Below the pieces are notes generated by a model. The model did not search any database. It was not told the DNA's origin and saw only the letters and a list, made by a program, of their open reading frames with translations. The translations under genes and the position numbers were made by a program. 64,000 bases of DNA from Alphaproteobacteria bacterium (GTDB lineage: Bacteria; Pseudomonadota; Alphaproteobacteria; GCA-2731375), in the NCBI GenBank assembly GCA_965232515.1, contig CBDDPY010000002.1, forward strand, positions 4,768,001-4,832,000, read 5' to 3'. The first letter of the stretch is position 1, and each line of letters starts with the position of its first letter. Below, in pieces: positions 1-10,213 of this stretch.

Positions 1-1
1 G

Positions 2-790
2 ACGCCGGGCCTGACCGTGGTGCTGGTCGGCGAAGATCCGGCCAGCCAGGTCTATGTCCGCAACAAGGGCAAGCAGGCGACCGAGGCCGGCATTGCCTCG
101 AACGAGATCCGGCTCGACGCCGGCGCCAGCCAGGCCGCCCTGCTCGAGGTGGTGGCCGGCCTGAACGCCGATCCGGCCGTGCACGGCATCCTCGTGCAGC
201 TGCCGCTGCCGCCGCAGATCGATTCCGCCGCCGTGATCGACGCCATCGATCCGGCGAAAGACGTCGACGGCTTCCACGTCCAGAACGCCGGCCGCCTCTC
301 CGTTGGGCTGCCGGCCATGGTGCCCTGCACGCCGCGCGGCTGCCTGATGTTGCTGGAGGACCGGCTGGGCGATCTCTCGGGTCTCGATGCCGTCATCGTC
401 GGCCGCTCCAACATCGTCGGTAAGCCCATGGCCCAGCTCCTGCTTGGCGCCAACTGCACCGTCACCACGGCGCATTCGCGCACCCGCGACCTCGACGCCC
501 ATTGCCGCCGCGCCGACATCCTGGTCGCCGCCGTCGGCCGGCCCGAGATGATCCGTGGGCCCTGGATCAAGCCCGGCGCCACCATCATCGACGTCGGCAT
601 GAACCGGCTCGACGCCGGCAACGGCAAGACGCGTCTGGTCGGCGATGTCTGCTTTCCGGAAGCCGTCGAGGTCGCCGGCGCCATTACGCCCGTCCCCGGT
701 GGCGTCGGTCCCATGACCGTCGCCGTGCTGCTGTCCAACACCGTCACCGCCGCCTGCCGCCAGGCCGGCGTCGCGGTGCCGGCCGGCTGA
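2..790 (+). CDS. folD: bifunctional methylenetetrahydrofolate dehydrogenase/cyclohydrolase FolD (5' end outside window)
   Basis: Motifs [27 protein letters not shown] and [12 protein letters not shown]. The frame is open to the window edge ([15 protein letters not shown]). Confidence 0.97.
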   Translation, partial: TPGLTVVLVGEDPASQVYVRNKGKQATEAGIASNEIRLDAGASQAALLEVVAGLNADPAVHGILVQLPLPPQIDSAAVIDAIDPAKDVDGFHVQNAGRLSVGLPAMVPCTPRGCLMLLEDRLGDLSGLDAVIVGRSNIVGKPMAQLLLGANCTVTTAHSRTRDLDAHCRRADILVAAVGRPEMIRGPWIKPGATIIDVGMNRLDAGNGKTRLVGDVCFPEAVEVAGAITPVPGGVGPMTVAVLLSNTVTAACRQAGVAVPAG

Positions 791-894
791 CGGCCGTGCC
801 ATTCCGGCGGTAATCCGTTATAAACGTCTGACCCACTTCGTTCCCGCGACCGTTCCAACCGGCACCGGTTCCCGTGCCGGGCGAGGAAAGACGT

Positions 895-2139
895 TTGAGC
901 TATCTGCTGTTCATCCTGCGGCACTGGCGCCTGCTCGGGTTCGGCTTTCTGCTGACCATGTTTTCGAGCTTCGGCCAGACCTACTACGTCTCGCTGTTCA
1001 GCGCCGAGTTCCGCGACGCCTTCGGCCTCGGGCATGGCGGCTTCGGCCTGGTCTATTCGGCGGCGACGCTGGCCAGCGCCACCTGCCTGGTCTGGCTCGG
1101 CCGGAAGATCGACCATATGGACCTGCGCTGGTATGCCGGCCTCGCCTGCGCCGGCCTTGTGGTCGCCTGCTTCATCACGTCGGCCGTGGCCTCGGCGGTC
1201 TGGCTGACGCTGGCGATCTTCCTGCTGCGGCTCACCTGCCAGGGCCTGATGAGCCATACCGCCGTCACCACCATGGCGCGCTATTTCGAAGCCGAGCGCG
1301 GCCGCGCCGTCAGCGTCGCCCAGCTCGGCTATGCTATCGGCCGCGCCGCCTTTCCGGTCGGCGCGGTGCTGGTCGTGGCCGCGGTCGGCTGGCGTCAGAC
1401 CTGGATGCTGACCGGCGTCGTGCTGGCGGTTGTGCTGGTGCCGGCGGTGCTCTGGCTGCTTCGGGGGCAGGCCGAGCGCCACCGGGCTCACGTCGCCCGC
1501 CTGCAGCGCGTTTCCGCCGACGCCGGCGCGGCCGCGCGGCAATGGTCGCGCGCCGATGTGCTGCGCGATCCGCGCTTCTATCTGCTGATGCCGGTGACGC
1601 TGGCGTCGTCTTTCATCACCACCGGCTTGGTGTTCCATCAGGTGCATCTGGTCGCGGCCAAGGGCTGGGACCTGACCTGGTTTGTCGGCTCGTTCGTGTT
1701 GTTCTCGATCGCCACCACGGTCGCGGCGCTGATCGCCGGGCCGGTCATCGACCGCCACGGCGCCGCGCGCCTGCTGCCCTACTTCCTGCTGCCGATGGCG
1801 GCCTCGCTGGTGCTGCTGGCCTATGCCGACCACGCGCTCGTGGTGCCGGTCTACATGATCGCCACCGGCGTCTCCAGCGGCGCCGCCATGACCATCGCCG
1901 GCACGCTCTGGGCCGAGATTTACGGCGTCCGGCACATTGGCGCGATCCGTGCCGTGACCTCGGCGCTGACGGTGTTCGCCAGCGCCCTGTCGCCGGTGGC
2001 CATGGGCTGGCTGCTCGACGCCGGCGTCAGCATCGAGGCCATCGCGCTGATGTGCGTCGGCTATATCGGCGCGGCAACGGCGCTGCTGGCCGTGCCCGCG
2101 TTGCGTCCCGCCCGCATGGCTCGCCGCGAACCCGCCTGA
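895..2139 (+). CDS. MFS transporter
   Basis: About 12 hydrophobic segments, SSFGQTY, and loop motifs GRKIDH/GPVIDRHG. Start is TTG at 895 after GAGG (GTG at 874 is an alternative). Confidence 0.9.
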   Translation: MSYLLFILRHWRLLGFGFLLTMFSSFGQTYYVSLFSAEFRDAFGLGHGGFGLVYSAATLASATCLVWLGRKIDHMDLRWYAGLACAGLVVACFITSAVASAVWLTLAIFLLRLTCQGLMSHTAVTTMARYFEAERGRAVSVAQLGYAIGRAAFPVGAVLVVAAVGWRQTWMLTGVVLAVVLVPAVLWLLRGQAERHRAHVARLQRVSADAGAAARQWSRADVLRDPRFYLLMPVTLASSFITTGLVFHQVHLVAAKGWDLTWFVGSFVLFSIATTVAALIAGPVIDRHGAARLLPYFLLPMAASLVLLAYADHALVVPVYMIATGVSSGAAMTIAGTLWAEIYGVRHIGAIRAVTSALTVFASALSPVAMGWLLDAGVSIEAIALMCVGYIGAATALLAVPALRPARMARREPA

Positions 2140-2158
2140 CGCTCCCGGCCAAAGCCGG

Positions 2159-5100
2159 TCAGGCTTGTTTCGCGCGAGCTCGCTTCGGTGTGGTTGAGAT
2201 ATCGGCCACGCTGGGTCCGGCCGATCGCTTGGCGATCACCGACCGCAGCCGCTGGGGGTCGTGGTTCTGCACGAAGGCGGCCAGCTCTTCGGCCGGCAGC
2301 GGCCGGCTCAGATAATAACCCTGGATCTCGTCGCAGCCCTGCTCGACCAGGAATTCAAGCTGCTCCAGGGTCTCGACGCCCTCGGCGATGACCTTGATGT
2401 TCAGGCTGTGGCCGATGCGGATGACGGCCGAGTTGATCGCCGCGTCGTCCCAGTCGGACGCGATGTCGCGGACGAAGGACTGGTCGATCTTCAACCGGTC
2501 GACCGGGAACTCCTTCAGGCGGTTCAACGACGAATAGCCGGTGCCGAAGTCGTCGATCGCGAGATTGATGCCCAGATCCTTCAGGCCGTTCAAAATGCCG
2601 ATACAGTCGACGCGCTCGTCCATGGCCATGCCTTCGGTGATCTCGAGCTCGAGCAGGTCAGGCGGCAGGTCCGCCATCTTCAGCGCCGCGCGGACCTGGT
2701 CGATCAGGTTTTGCTGCCTGAAATGCAGCGGCGAGATGTTCACAGAGACGCAGACGTCGGCCATGCCGGCCCGTGACCACTCGGTCATCTGTCGGCAGGC
2801 GGTCAGCAGCACCCAGTCGCTGATCGGGATGATCAGGCGCGAGGCCTCCGCGACCGGAATGAACTCGCCCGGCGAGATCGGACCGCGTTCCGGATGGGTC
2901 CAGCGGATCAGCGCCTCGACGCCGACAATACGGCCGGACTGGATGTCGAGCTGCGGCTGATAGACCAGATGGAACTCGCCGCGCTCCATGGCCAGCCGCA
3001 GGTCGGCCTCCATCTGCTGGCGCGCCTGCACTTGCGTGTGCATGTCCTGGTCGTAAAGCTGAAAGGTGCCGCGGCCCTCGGCCTTGGCGCGATAGAGCGC
3101 CAGGTCCGCGTTGCGCAGCAGTTGGTTGGGATCGCCGGGGTCGTTCGGATAGATGGTGATGCCGATACTGGTGCCGGTGCGCACCTCGTTGCCGACGACG
3201 TGGAACGGCTCGCCGATCGATTCCGTGATTCGTTCCGCCAGCACCGTGATGCCGTCGGGCTCCGTCGTATTGGTGACGATCACCGCGAACTCGTCGCCGC
3301 CCAGCCGGGCGACGGTGTCGGTGTTGCGGACGCAGGCGGTCAACCGCTCGGCCACCTGCGACAACAGCGAGTCGCCGGCCTGGTGGCCGAGCGTGTCGTT
3401 GACATTCTTGAAGTGGTCGAGGTCCAGCATCATCACGCCGACCAGACGGCCGGTCCGCGCCGCGTTGGCCAGCGCGTCGCTGAGGCGGTCGCGGAACGAC
3501 GTGCGGTTCGGCAGGCCGGTCAGCGCATCCTCCAGCGCCATGCGTTGAATGGTCGCTTCCGACGACTTCCGGTCCGAAACGTCGGTCAGGATGCCGACGA
3601 TACGGCCGGACTTGGTCTTGCGCTTGCTGACCCGCACCCAGCGTTCGTCGCACAGCTCCTGCTCGAAGACGCCGACCGAGCGGTGGTGTCGCTCGACCTG
3701 CTCGCGCACCAGCTCCTCGTGGTTCCGCTCGCCGGCCCGGAACACGCCGCGCTCATAGCCGGCGCGCAGGAAGTTCTCGTAAGTGACGCCGGGTTGGATC
3801 ACGTCCATCAGGCTGGGATACATGCCGCGATAGCGGCGGTTGCACATGATCAGCCGGTCGTCGGTGCCCCACAGCGCGAAGCCCTCTGAAATACTCTCGA
3901 CCGCTTCCGACAGCTGCGCCTCGGCCTCGCTCAGGGCATCGGCCATGGTGACGCTTTCGGTCTTTTTCTTCTTCAGTTCCTGCTGCAGCCGTTCCAGCTC
4001 GTCGACCCTGTCCTGCAGCTCCTGCTTCGAGCGCGACAACTCTTCCTGCTCGCGCTTGCGTTCCGAGATGTCGCGGATCGCGCCGGTAACCAGCAGGCCG
4101 TCCTCGGTCTCGATCGGGCTCAGGCTCAGCTCGATGGGGATCTCCTGGCCGAACTTGGTGACGCCGTGGAGGTCCACGCCCTTGCCCACCGGCCGGGCCT
4201 TCGGATCGGTGTGGAACCGGGCGCGGTTCTCGGGATGATCTTTCCGGTAGCGCTCGGGCACCAGCATCTCGACCTTCTCGCCCAGCAGCTCCTCGCGCGG
4301 ATAGCCGAACAGCCGCTCGACCTGGGCGTTGACCAGAACGATCTCGCCGTCCTGGTTCACCACGACCATGGCGTCGGGCGCCGATTCCAGGAACTGGCGC
4401 GACCGCATCTCGGCGGCCGCGCGGCCGGCGATCTGCTTGCGGAACACGTCCAGCGCCCGCGACATGGCGCCGAACTCGCCGGTGCGCACGCCCAGATCGG
4501 TCGGGATATTCAGGTTTCCGGTGGCCAGCAGTTCCATGCTGCTGGTCAGCTTGGCCAGTGGGCGATTGATCCCGCGCGACAGAAACACGCCCAGCGCAAC
4601 GGTTATCAGCAGGCCCACGATGAATACGGTCGCCGTGTGCCGGATGCCGGACTGCTCCAACCGCAGCGCGCTCTTCGCCTGATTGATCGCGAGTTGTTCG
4701 GCCGTGTCCATCAGCTGACGCTGGGTCTTGTCGATCGGTGCCTCGATGCTGCGCAGTTCGGCCAGCAACGCCGCCGGTTCGTCCGATATGTCGTCCTTCA
4801 CCTGCAGCAGCATTTCCTCAGCCCGGTTGAGGTACGCCCCATGCTGCAGGTCCAGTGTTTCCAACAGGCTCAGGATGTCGGCATAGATCTCGCTCTCGCC
4901 GGTCATGTGGTCGTGATCCGGGCTGCTGCGCAGACGCCGTTCGAGCTGCGTTAACGTTGCCCGCAGGCGGCCCTGCAACAGGTAGAAGCGTTTTTCCTCC
5001 GCCCGGGCCATATCGGCATGCAGGGCGTCCTGGAATCCGTTCAGTTCGATCGCCCGCTCCAGATGCTTGGTCTGAAGCGTCCGCGTCACGATCGCCTCGT

Positions 5101-5251
5101 GCAGCTGATGCGACAGCGGCAGGTCGTCGTGAACGATGGTCTGCAGCTTGTCGCCGATCGCGATCAGCCGCGACAGGCCGACACCCGCCAGAATCAGCGC
5201 GATCAAAAAGCAGACCGTCGGAACGAGATAGACGCGGGCCCCGATGCTCAT
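2159..5251 (-). CDS. membrane-bound diguanylate cyclase/phosphodiesterase (periplasmic helical sensor-HAMP-PAS-PAS-GGDEF-EAL)
   Basis: Two TM segments, HAMP, PAS (FLESAPDAMVVV), PAS_7-like domain, RLGGDEF, VEALIRW and DDFGTGYSS. Both catalytic motif sets are intact. Confidence 0.95.
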   Translation of the reverse strand: MSIGARVYLVPTVCFLIALILAGVGLSRLIAIGDKLQTIVHDDLPLSHQLHEAIVTRTLQTKHLERAIELNGFQDALHADMARAEEKRFYLLQGRLRATLTQLERRLRSSPDHDHMTGESEIYADILSLLETLDLQHGAYLNRAEEMLLQVKDDISDEPAALLAELRSIEAPIDKTQRQLMDTAEQLAINQAKSALRLEQSGIRHTATVFIVGLLITVALGVFLSRGINRPLAKLTSSMELLATGNLNIPTDLGVRTGEFGAMSRALDVFRKQIAGRAAAEMRSRQFLESAPDAMVVVNQDGEIVLVNAQVERLFGYPREELLGEKVEMLVPERYRKDHPENRARFHTDPKARPVGKGVDLHGVTKFGQEIPIELSLSPIETEDGLLVTGAIRDISERKREQEELSRSKQELQDRVDELERLQQELKKKKTESVTMADALSEAEAQLSEAVESISEGFALWGTDDRLIMCNRRYRGMYPSLMDVIQPGVTYENFLRAGYERGVFRAGERNHEELVREQVERHHRSVGVFEQELCDERWVRVSKRKTKSGRIVGILTDVSDRKSSEATIQRMALEDALTGLPNRTSFRDRLSDALANAARTGRLVGVMMLDLDHFKNVNDTLGHQAGDSLLSQVAERLTACVRNTDTVARLGGDEFAVIVTNTTEPDGITVLAERITESIGEPFHVVGNEVRTGTSIGITIYPNDPGDPNQLLRNADLALYRAKAEGRGTFQLYDQDMHTQVQARQQMEADLRLAMERGEFHLVYQPQLDIQSGRIVGVEALIRWTHPERGPISPGEFIPVAEASRLIIPISDWVLLTACRQMTEWSRAGMADVCVSVNISPLHFRQQNLIDQVRAALKMADLPPDLLELEITEGMAMDERVDCIGILNGLKDLGINLAIDDFGTGYSSLNRLKEFPVDRLKIDQSFVRDIASDWDDAAINSAVIRIGHSLNIKVIAEGVETLEQLEFLVEQGCDEIQGYYLSRPLPAEELAAFVQNHDPQRLRSVIAKRSAGPSVADISTTPKRARAKQA

Positions 5252-5365
5252 CGCCTGTCCCCCGGCTTGAACACAGACCCCCGTCAAAGCACAGGGTTAA
5301 ATCAACCGACCTAATTATTTGCTAAGGCCGCTACACCCAGGTGTCGAGCTGGATGTGACACATGA

Positions 5366-6448
5366 CTACACGCGCAGGCGGTTCAACGTGGCTTGGAGTT
5401 CGCGCATCAGCTCGTCGATCAGTTCCGCGGCCGGTCTGCGACGGGACAGGCCGACGCCCTGACCGGCCCAGAGCGACAGGAATTCGGCCCGGTCCTGCTG
5501 CGCCGCGGCGGCGCGCAGCGGCCGGGTCAGCGCGTTCTGATAAGGAAACGGCAGGATGCCGTCGCTGTCGTCGTCGGCGGCCTCGAACTCGACCTCGGTC
5601 ATGAACCGGTTGACCACGCCGCGCGCCGGCTTGCCCGAGAATGCCGAGGTCAGGCGGGTATCGGACGCCCCGGCCGCCAGCAGCGCCGCCTTGTAGGAAT
5701 CGGGAACGCCCGCCTCGTCGCAGGTCAGGAAGGCCGTGCCCATCTGCACCGCCTCGGCGCCCAGCGTCAATGCCGCGGCGATACCACGGCCGTCCATGAT
5801 GCCGCCCGAGGCCACCACCGGCACCGAGACCGCGTCGACCACCTGCGGCACCAGCGCCATCGTGCCGATCAGGCCGGTGTCGATCTCGCCGTCGAACGTG
5901 CTGCGGTGGCCGCCGGCCTCGGCGCCCTGCGTCACGATGGCGTCGCAGCCGGCCGCCTCCAGCGCCACGGCCTCGGCCGGCGTTGTCGCCGTGCCCATCA
6001 GGAACATGCCCCGCTGCTTGATGGCCGCGACGGCATCGCGCGGCGGGATGCCCGACGTGAAGCTGAAGCTCGCCGCGCCGCTGTCCAGCGCCGCCGCCAG
6101 CAACGCATCGAAGGCATCGGCCGGCGGGGTTGGCGGTGTCGGCGCCGGCAGGCCCAGCGCGTCGTGATAGGGCGCCAGCCGCGCCAGCGCCGGTCCGGTC
6201 TCGGCCGGTGGTGGCGGCGCCGGCTGCGGCGCGAACAGGTTGATGCCGAAGGCCCGGTTGCTGCGGTCGCGCACGGCCTGCGACGCCTCGGCGATCTGCG
6301 CCGGCGTCGAATAGTTGGCGCCGATAAAGCCCATGCCGCCGGCTTCCGCGACCGCGGCGACCAGCGCCGGTGTATCGCCGCCGCCCGCCATCGGCGCCTG
6401 GATGATCGGACAGGACAGATTGAAGCGTTTCATCAGGCTGGTCTGCAT
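5366..6448 (-). CDS. nitronate monooxygenase family flavoprotein
   Basis: PIIQAPMAGG, QGAEAGGHR, ASGGIMDGRG, VQMGTAFL, SLWAGQ. Confidence 0.93.
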   Translation of the reverse strand: MQTSLMKRFNLSCPIIQAPMAGGGDTPALVAAVAEAGGMGFIGANYSTPAQIAEASQAVRDRSNRAFGINLFAPQPAPPPPAETGPALARLAPYHDALGLPAPTPPTPPADAFDALLAAALDSGAASFSFTSGIPPRDAVAAIKQRGMFLMGTATTPAEAVALEAAGCDAIVTQGAEAGGHRSTFDGEIDTGLIGTMALVPQVVDAVSVPVVASGGIMDGRGIAAALTLGAEAVQMGTAFLTCDEAGVPDSYKAALLAAGASDTRLTSAFSGKPARGVVNRFMTEVEFEAADDDSDGILPFPYQNALTRPLRAAAAQQDRAEFLSLWAGQGVGLSRRRPAAELIDELMRELQATLNRLRV

Positions 6449-6456
6449 GTCTCACC

Positions 6457-7674
6457 TCATCTGCGGGGTATTGCGGCCGCGACCAGGTCGATCGACAGCG
6501 CCAGCAGCAACATGGCCGCCCCGATCGCGAACAGGATGTCATAGCCGCCACCGGCGGCGAACAGGAATGACAGGCCATAGGCGGCGCCTGCTTGGCCGAT
6601 GGCGAAGGCGGTCGTGGCCAGGCTCCAGGCGGCCTGCTGCCGGTCGCGGTCCGGCGGCGCCAGCTCCCGCACGCGGCCCAGCACCAGCGGCACGATGCCG
6701 GGCACGAAGGCGCCGATGACCAGACTGGAGACGACCAGGCCGGCGGCTGCGTCGGAGACGGCCAGCCAGCCGACGCCGGCGGCCTGCACCAGAAAGGCCA
6801 GGCGCAGCGTCGCCCGGAAGCCGATCCGGTCGGCGGCCTGTCCCGCCAGCACCGGTCCGGCCATGGCGCCGATGCCGAACAGCACCCAGTAGCCGCCGCC
6901 GGCGACCAGTCCTTGGCCCAGCCCGCGGGCAACGTAGTCGACCAGGAATACCATGTGCGGCACCAGGCCGGCGGCGTTCAGGCCGTACTCCAGATAGACC
7001 GCCCGCAGCGTGCCGCTCGACCGTGTCGGCGCCCGCTGGACGGATGCCGACCGCGGGGATTGCCGGTCCGGCCAGCCGCGCCATGCTAGAGCGGTCAACA
7101 GCAGGGACAGCAGGCCCAGCCCGATCCAGGTCTCGGTCAGGCCGTGGCCCAACAGGGCCGGCACCAGCGTGCCGGACGCCGCGATGCCCAGGCCGACGCC
7201 GGTAAAGATGACGCCGCCGGCCAGACCCTGGCGATGGGTCGGCACTTGCGGCAGCACCGTGGCGGCGGCCAGCACCATCAACGTCCCGCCGGCGATGCCC
7301 GCGGCCAGGCGCCAGACGAAGAACCAGGAAAACGACAGCGGCGTCGCACAGGCGACGAAGGCCAGGCTCGCCAGCAGCATCATGCCGCGCAGCGTGGCCG
7401 GCGCACCGGCCCGGTTCGCCAGTGGTCGGGCCAGCAGGGCGCCGGCCAGATACCCCACCAGATTGGCCGCGCCGAGATAGGCCGCCTGGCCCGGCGTGAA
7501 CCAATCGGCGTCGATCAGCGCCGGGATCAACGGCGTATAGGCGAAGCGCGACAGGCCGATCCCGACCAGCGTGGCGCACAGCGCGGCGAGTGTCGCTCGC
7601 CTGGCGCGGGCCCGGTCACCCGGCGCGTCGCCGATAGCCGGTGCCCGCTGCGCCGCCGTCTCCGCTTCCGTCAT
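6457..7674 (-). CDS. YbfB/YjiJ family MFS transporter
   Basis: GIGLSRFAYTPLIP, ANLVGYLAGA and GVGLGIAASG signatures. Highly hydrophobic. Confidence 0.9.
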   Translation of the reverse strand: MTEAETAAQRAPAIGDAPGDRARARRATLAALCATLVGIGLSRFAYTPLIPALIDADWFTPGQAAYLGAANLVGYLAGALLARPLANRAGAPATLRGMMLLASLAFVACATPLSFSWFFVWRLAAGIAGGTLMVLAAATVLPQVPTHRQGLAGGVIFTGVGLGIAASGTLVPALLGHGLTETWIGLGLLSLLLTALAWRGWPDRQSPRSASVQRAPTRSSGTLRAVYLEYGLNAAGLVPHMVFLVDYVARGLGQGLVAGGGYWVLFGIGAMAGPVLAGQAADRIGFRATLRLAFLVQAAGVGWLAVSDAAAGLVVSSLVIGAFVPGIVPLVLGRVRELAPPDRDRQQAAWSLATTAFAIGQAGAAYGLSFLFAAGGGYDILFAIGAAMLLLALSIDLVAAAIPRR

Positions 7675-7754
7675 CCCGGCAGACTAGATGGCCATCATAG
7701 CCAGGAAAAGCGATTGAAACTGATATCTATTATCTGGTTCAGAGATAGTTTGGC

Positions 7755-8636
7755 CTATTCGGCCGCGACCCGCGCGGCCGGGCGGACATGGTCGATGAAG
7801 CCGGCCAGCGCGCTCGAGACATAGCCGTCGCGGCGGCGGATGAACAGGGTCGCGACGTCGGCCTCGGCGCCGGCCAGGTCGTGTGTGGCGATCCGGCCCT
7901 CGCGCGCGGCCGCCGTCAGCACGCTCCGCGGCAACAGGGTTACGCCGAGGCCGGCGGCGGCGCAGCCGATAATGGAATCGATGGTGCCGAATTCCAGCTG
8001 CCGCAACCCGACGATGCCGCGCCGGGCCAGGATTTCCTCCAGCCGCTGGCGATATGAGCAGCCGGACCGCAGCACCACGATCTTCAGGTCCGGGATGTCG
8101 CTGAGATCGCCCAATGCCTGCACCGACGGCGCCGTGGCAACGGTCAGCGTTTCATGGAATACCGTCTCGGTCGCCAGCGCCGGATGGTCCACCGGACCGC
8201 AAACCAGGGCGCCTTCCAGCGCATGCGTCAGCACGGCATCGATCAGCTCCGCCGTGGTGCCGGTCCGCAGCACCAGGTCGACATGGGGAAATGCCGCCGC
8301 ATAGCTCGCCAGCACCGGCGACAGGCGGATCGCGGCCGTGGTTTCCAGGGCCCCGACCGCCAACGGACCCTTAGGATGGCCGTCGTCGCCCGCGGCGCGG
8401 CGCGCGTCAGCCAGCAGGCGGCCAATGCGCTCGGCATAGGGCAGCAATCGCCGGCCCGCGGCGGTCAGCGTGACGCCGCGGTTGTGCCGCTCGAACAGCG
8501 TCGTGTCGAGCTCCGCCTCCAGCTGCCGGATACGGCCGGTCACGTTCGATTGCACCGTGTTCAGCTCGGCCGCGGCCCGGTTCATGCCGCCCAGCCGCGC
8601 CACGGCCTCAAAGACCTTCAGTGCGCTCGAATCCAT
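7755..8636 (-). CDS. LysR family transcriptional regulator
   Basis: N-terminal HTH AAAELNTVQSNVTGRIRQLE and GCSYR in the effector domain. Confidence 0.95.
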   Translation of the reverse strand: MDSSALKVFEAVARLGGMNRAAAELNTVQSNVTGRIRQLEAELDTTLFERHNRGVTLTAAGRRLLPYAERIGRLLADARRAAGDDGHPKGPLAVGALETTAAIRLSPVLASYAAAFPHVDLVLRTGTTAELIDAVLTHALEGALVCGPVDHPALATETVFHETLTVATAPSVQALGDLSDIPDLKIVVLRSGCSYRQRLEEILARRGIVGLRQLEFGTIDSIIGCAAAGLGVTLLPRSVLTAAAREGRIATHDLAGAEADVATLFIRRRDGYVSSALAGFIDHVRPAARVAAE

Positions 8637-8739
8637 CCCGGATTCCCTATCTGTTTTTCAGATAGCGATCTTAGCCGATCGTCGGTCTTTCGGATAGAAC
8701 GGATGAGACGGGCTTGGGCTTTCCCGTCGCAAGCCGGCG

Positions 8740-9498
8740 TCAGGTCTGGCCGTTTGGCTCGCTGGAGCCGGCGGGGCGCGCGACTTGCCGGTGTCCGGCG
8801 ATCGAGGCCAGGCGCGCGAAGCTCTGAATGCGGAGCATGCTGTGCTCGATGCTCAACAGGTTGTCGTCGCGCATGGACCGGAGTGTCCGGCTCACATGTA
8901 CCGGCGTCATGCCCAGGGCGTCGGCAAGATGCTCCTGCCGCACCGGCAGATGAAAGGCCTGCTCGTCGGCCAGGCCGCGTCCGTGCAGCCGCTCGTAGAG
9001 TTCGAGAACCAATCCGGCGATGCGTTCTTCGGCGAAGCGCCGTCCGAGGTCGACCAACCGGGATTCCAGCCGCATGACCTCGGAAATCTGATGTTGCATG
9101 ATATCCGCGAGCAGTGTGCTGTCCGATTGCACCGCTTCGGCGGCGGCTTCGCCGTTGAATTCCTGCAGCGAGCATTCGGTGATGGTCTGCACGATGTCGT
9201 CGCTCGACTCGGCGAACATCCGGTGGGCGTTGATAAGGTCGCCCGGGATGAGAAATTGCAGGATCTGCCTTCGGCCGTCGGGCAGCAGCCGGTAGCGGAT
9301 CGCCCAGCCGTCATCCAGTACGATGATCCAGAATCCGCCCTCCGGATCGTCATTGGAGATCAGCTGGCGCGGCTTGACCGTTCTGGTGCGGCTAACGACC
9401 GGCCAACGGTCGTCGTCCTGCGCCTCCAGTCGTGCAAGTCCCGCGCGCAGCCCGATTACTGCGCGTTCCGTGGGATCCGATTCGCCGGAAAGAGACAT
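8740..9498 (-). CDS. Crp/Fnr family transcriptional regulator
   Basis: cNMP-binding fold (DGRRQILQFLIPGD) and HTH LPVRQEHLADALGMTPVHVSRTL. No Fnr Cys cluster. Start could be TTG at 9546. Confidence 0.9.
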   Translation of the reverse strand: MSLSGESDPTERAVIGLRAGLARLEAQDDDRWPVVSRTRTVKPRQLISNDDPEGGFWIIVLDDGWAIRYRLLPDGRRQILQFLIPGDLINAHRMFAESSDDIVQTITECSLQEFNGEAAAEAVQSDSTLLADIMQHQISEVMRLESRLVDLGRRFAEERIAGLVLELYERLHGRGLADEQAFHLPVRQEHLADALGMTPVHVSRTLRSMRDDNLLSIEHSMLRIQSFARLASIAGHRQVARPAGSSEPNGQT

Positions 9499-9655
9499 AC
9501 GCTTGCTGGCGTTGATGTTGGATGCCGGATTCAATCCCGCGGTCAAGGCGTGACGCCTCGACCGATCGACTGACGTCGTTGGCCGGCGCGTCGGAGCCGC
9601 GGTTCAGAGATTGGGCATGAAATCCGGCTGGCGGCGGAAACGTTGACGGTATCGA

Positions 9656-10036
9656 TCAGGATACTAATCGCGTCGAGCCGATATGGTTCGCGACGCATCG
9701 GGAAACCTCCTCAAGCTTGTGGCTGATCTCCGCAAGCTTGCTCGCGGCCAGCGGTGACTGGCAGTCGACAGCGGCAAGTTCGTCGACGATCGATTCGTAA
9801 ACCGGCAACAGCGGCAATAACGCTCCGTGGCCGGACTGCTGTGACAATCGGTGAAGACTGGCTAGCGAGCGCTTGCTGCTTTCGACGGCTTCGGTCTGGT
9901 GACGTTGAAAGCGAGGCGCCAGACGCTGCCGCACGTCTTGCTCGGTACCCCGGATAGCGGGATGTTTGACAACATTCTTCACGACAACATTTCCTTGCGA
10001 CGATTCATCACGCGGCGGAACGACAGGTGCGCTCAC
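9656..10036 (-). CDS. hypothetical protein (predicted helical)
   Basis: 126-aa ATG ORF filling the gap between two co-oriented genes. No recognisable motif. Confidence 0.45.
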   Translation of the reverse strand: MSAPVVPPRDESSQGNVVVKNVVKHPAIRGTEQDVRQRLAPRFQRHQTEAVESSKRSLASLHRLSQQSGHGALLPLLPVYESIVDELAAVDCQSPLAASKLAEISHKLEEVSRCVANHIGSTRLVS

Positions 10037-10143
10037 GATGCCAAATGGGCGTTAGCCGCTTCGGCATCGGACAAATATCGACGCCGGCAACGAACAAAAT
10101 CGTCAGGAAGCGAAATTTTTGCATGCCGGTAAATGGTGCGGCA

Positions 10144-10157
10144 TTGTTTACGATCAA
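10144..10157. promoter_or_regulatory. candidate FNR/FixK-type box
   Basis: TTGTT-TACG-ATCAA, one mismatch to TTGAT-N4-ATCAA. Intergenic, upstream of the 9656-10036 ORF and the Crp/Fnr gene. Confidence 0.4.
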
Positions 10158-10213
10158 CACTCCTTGACCCCCTATGCATAGGCGGGATCGCCCGCCGGCC
10201 AAAAAAACTCCTC

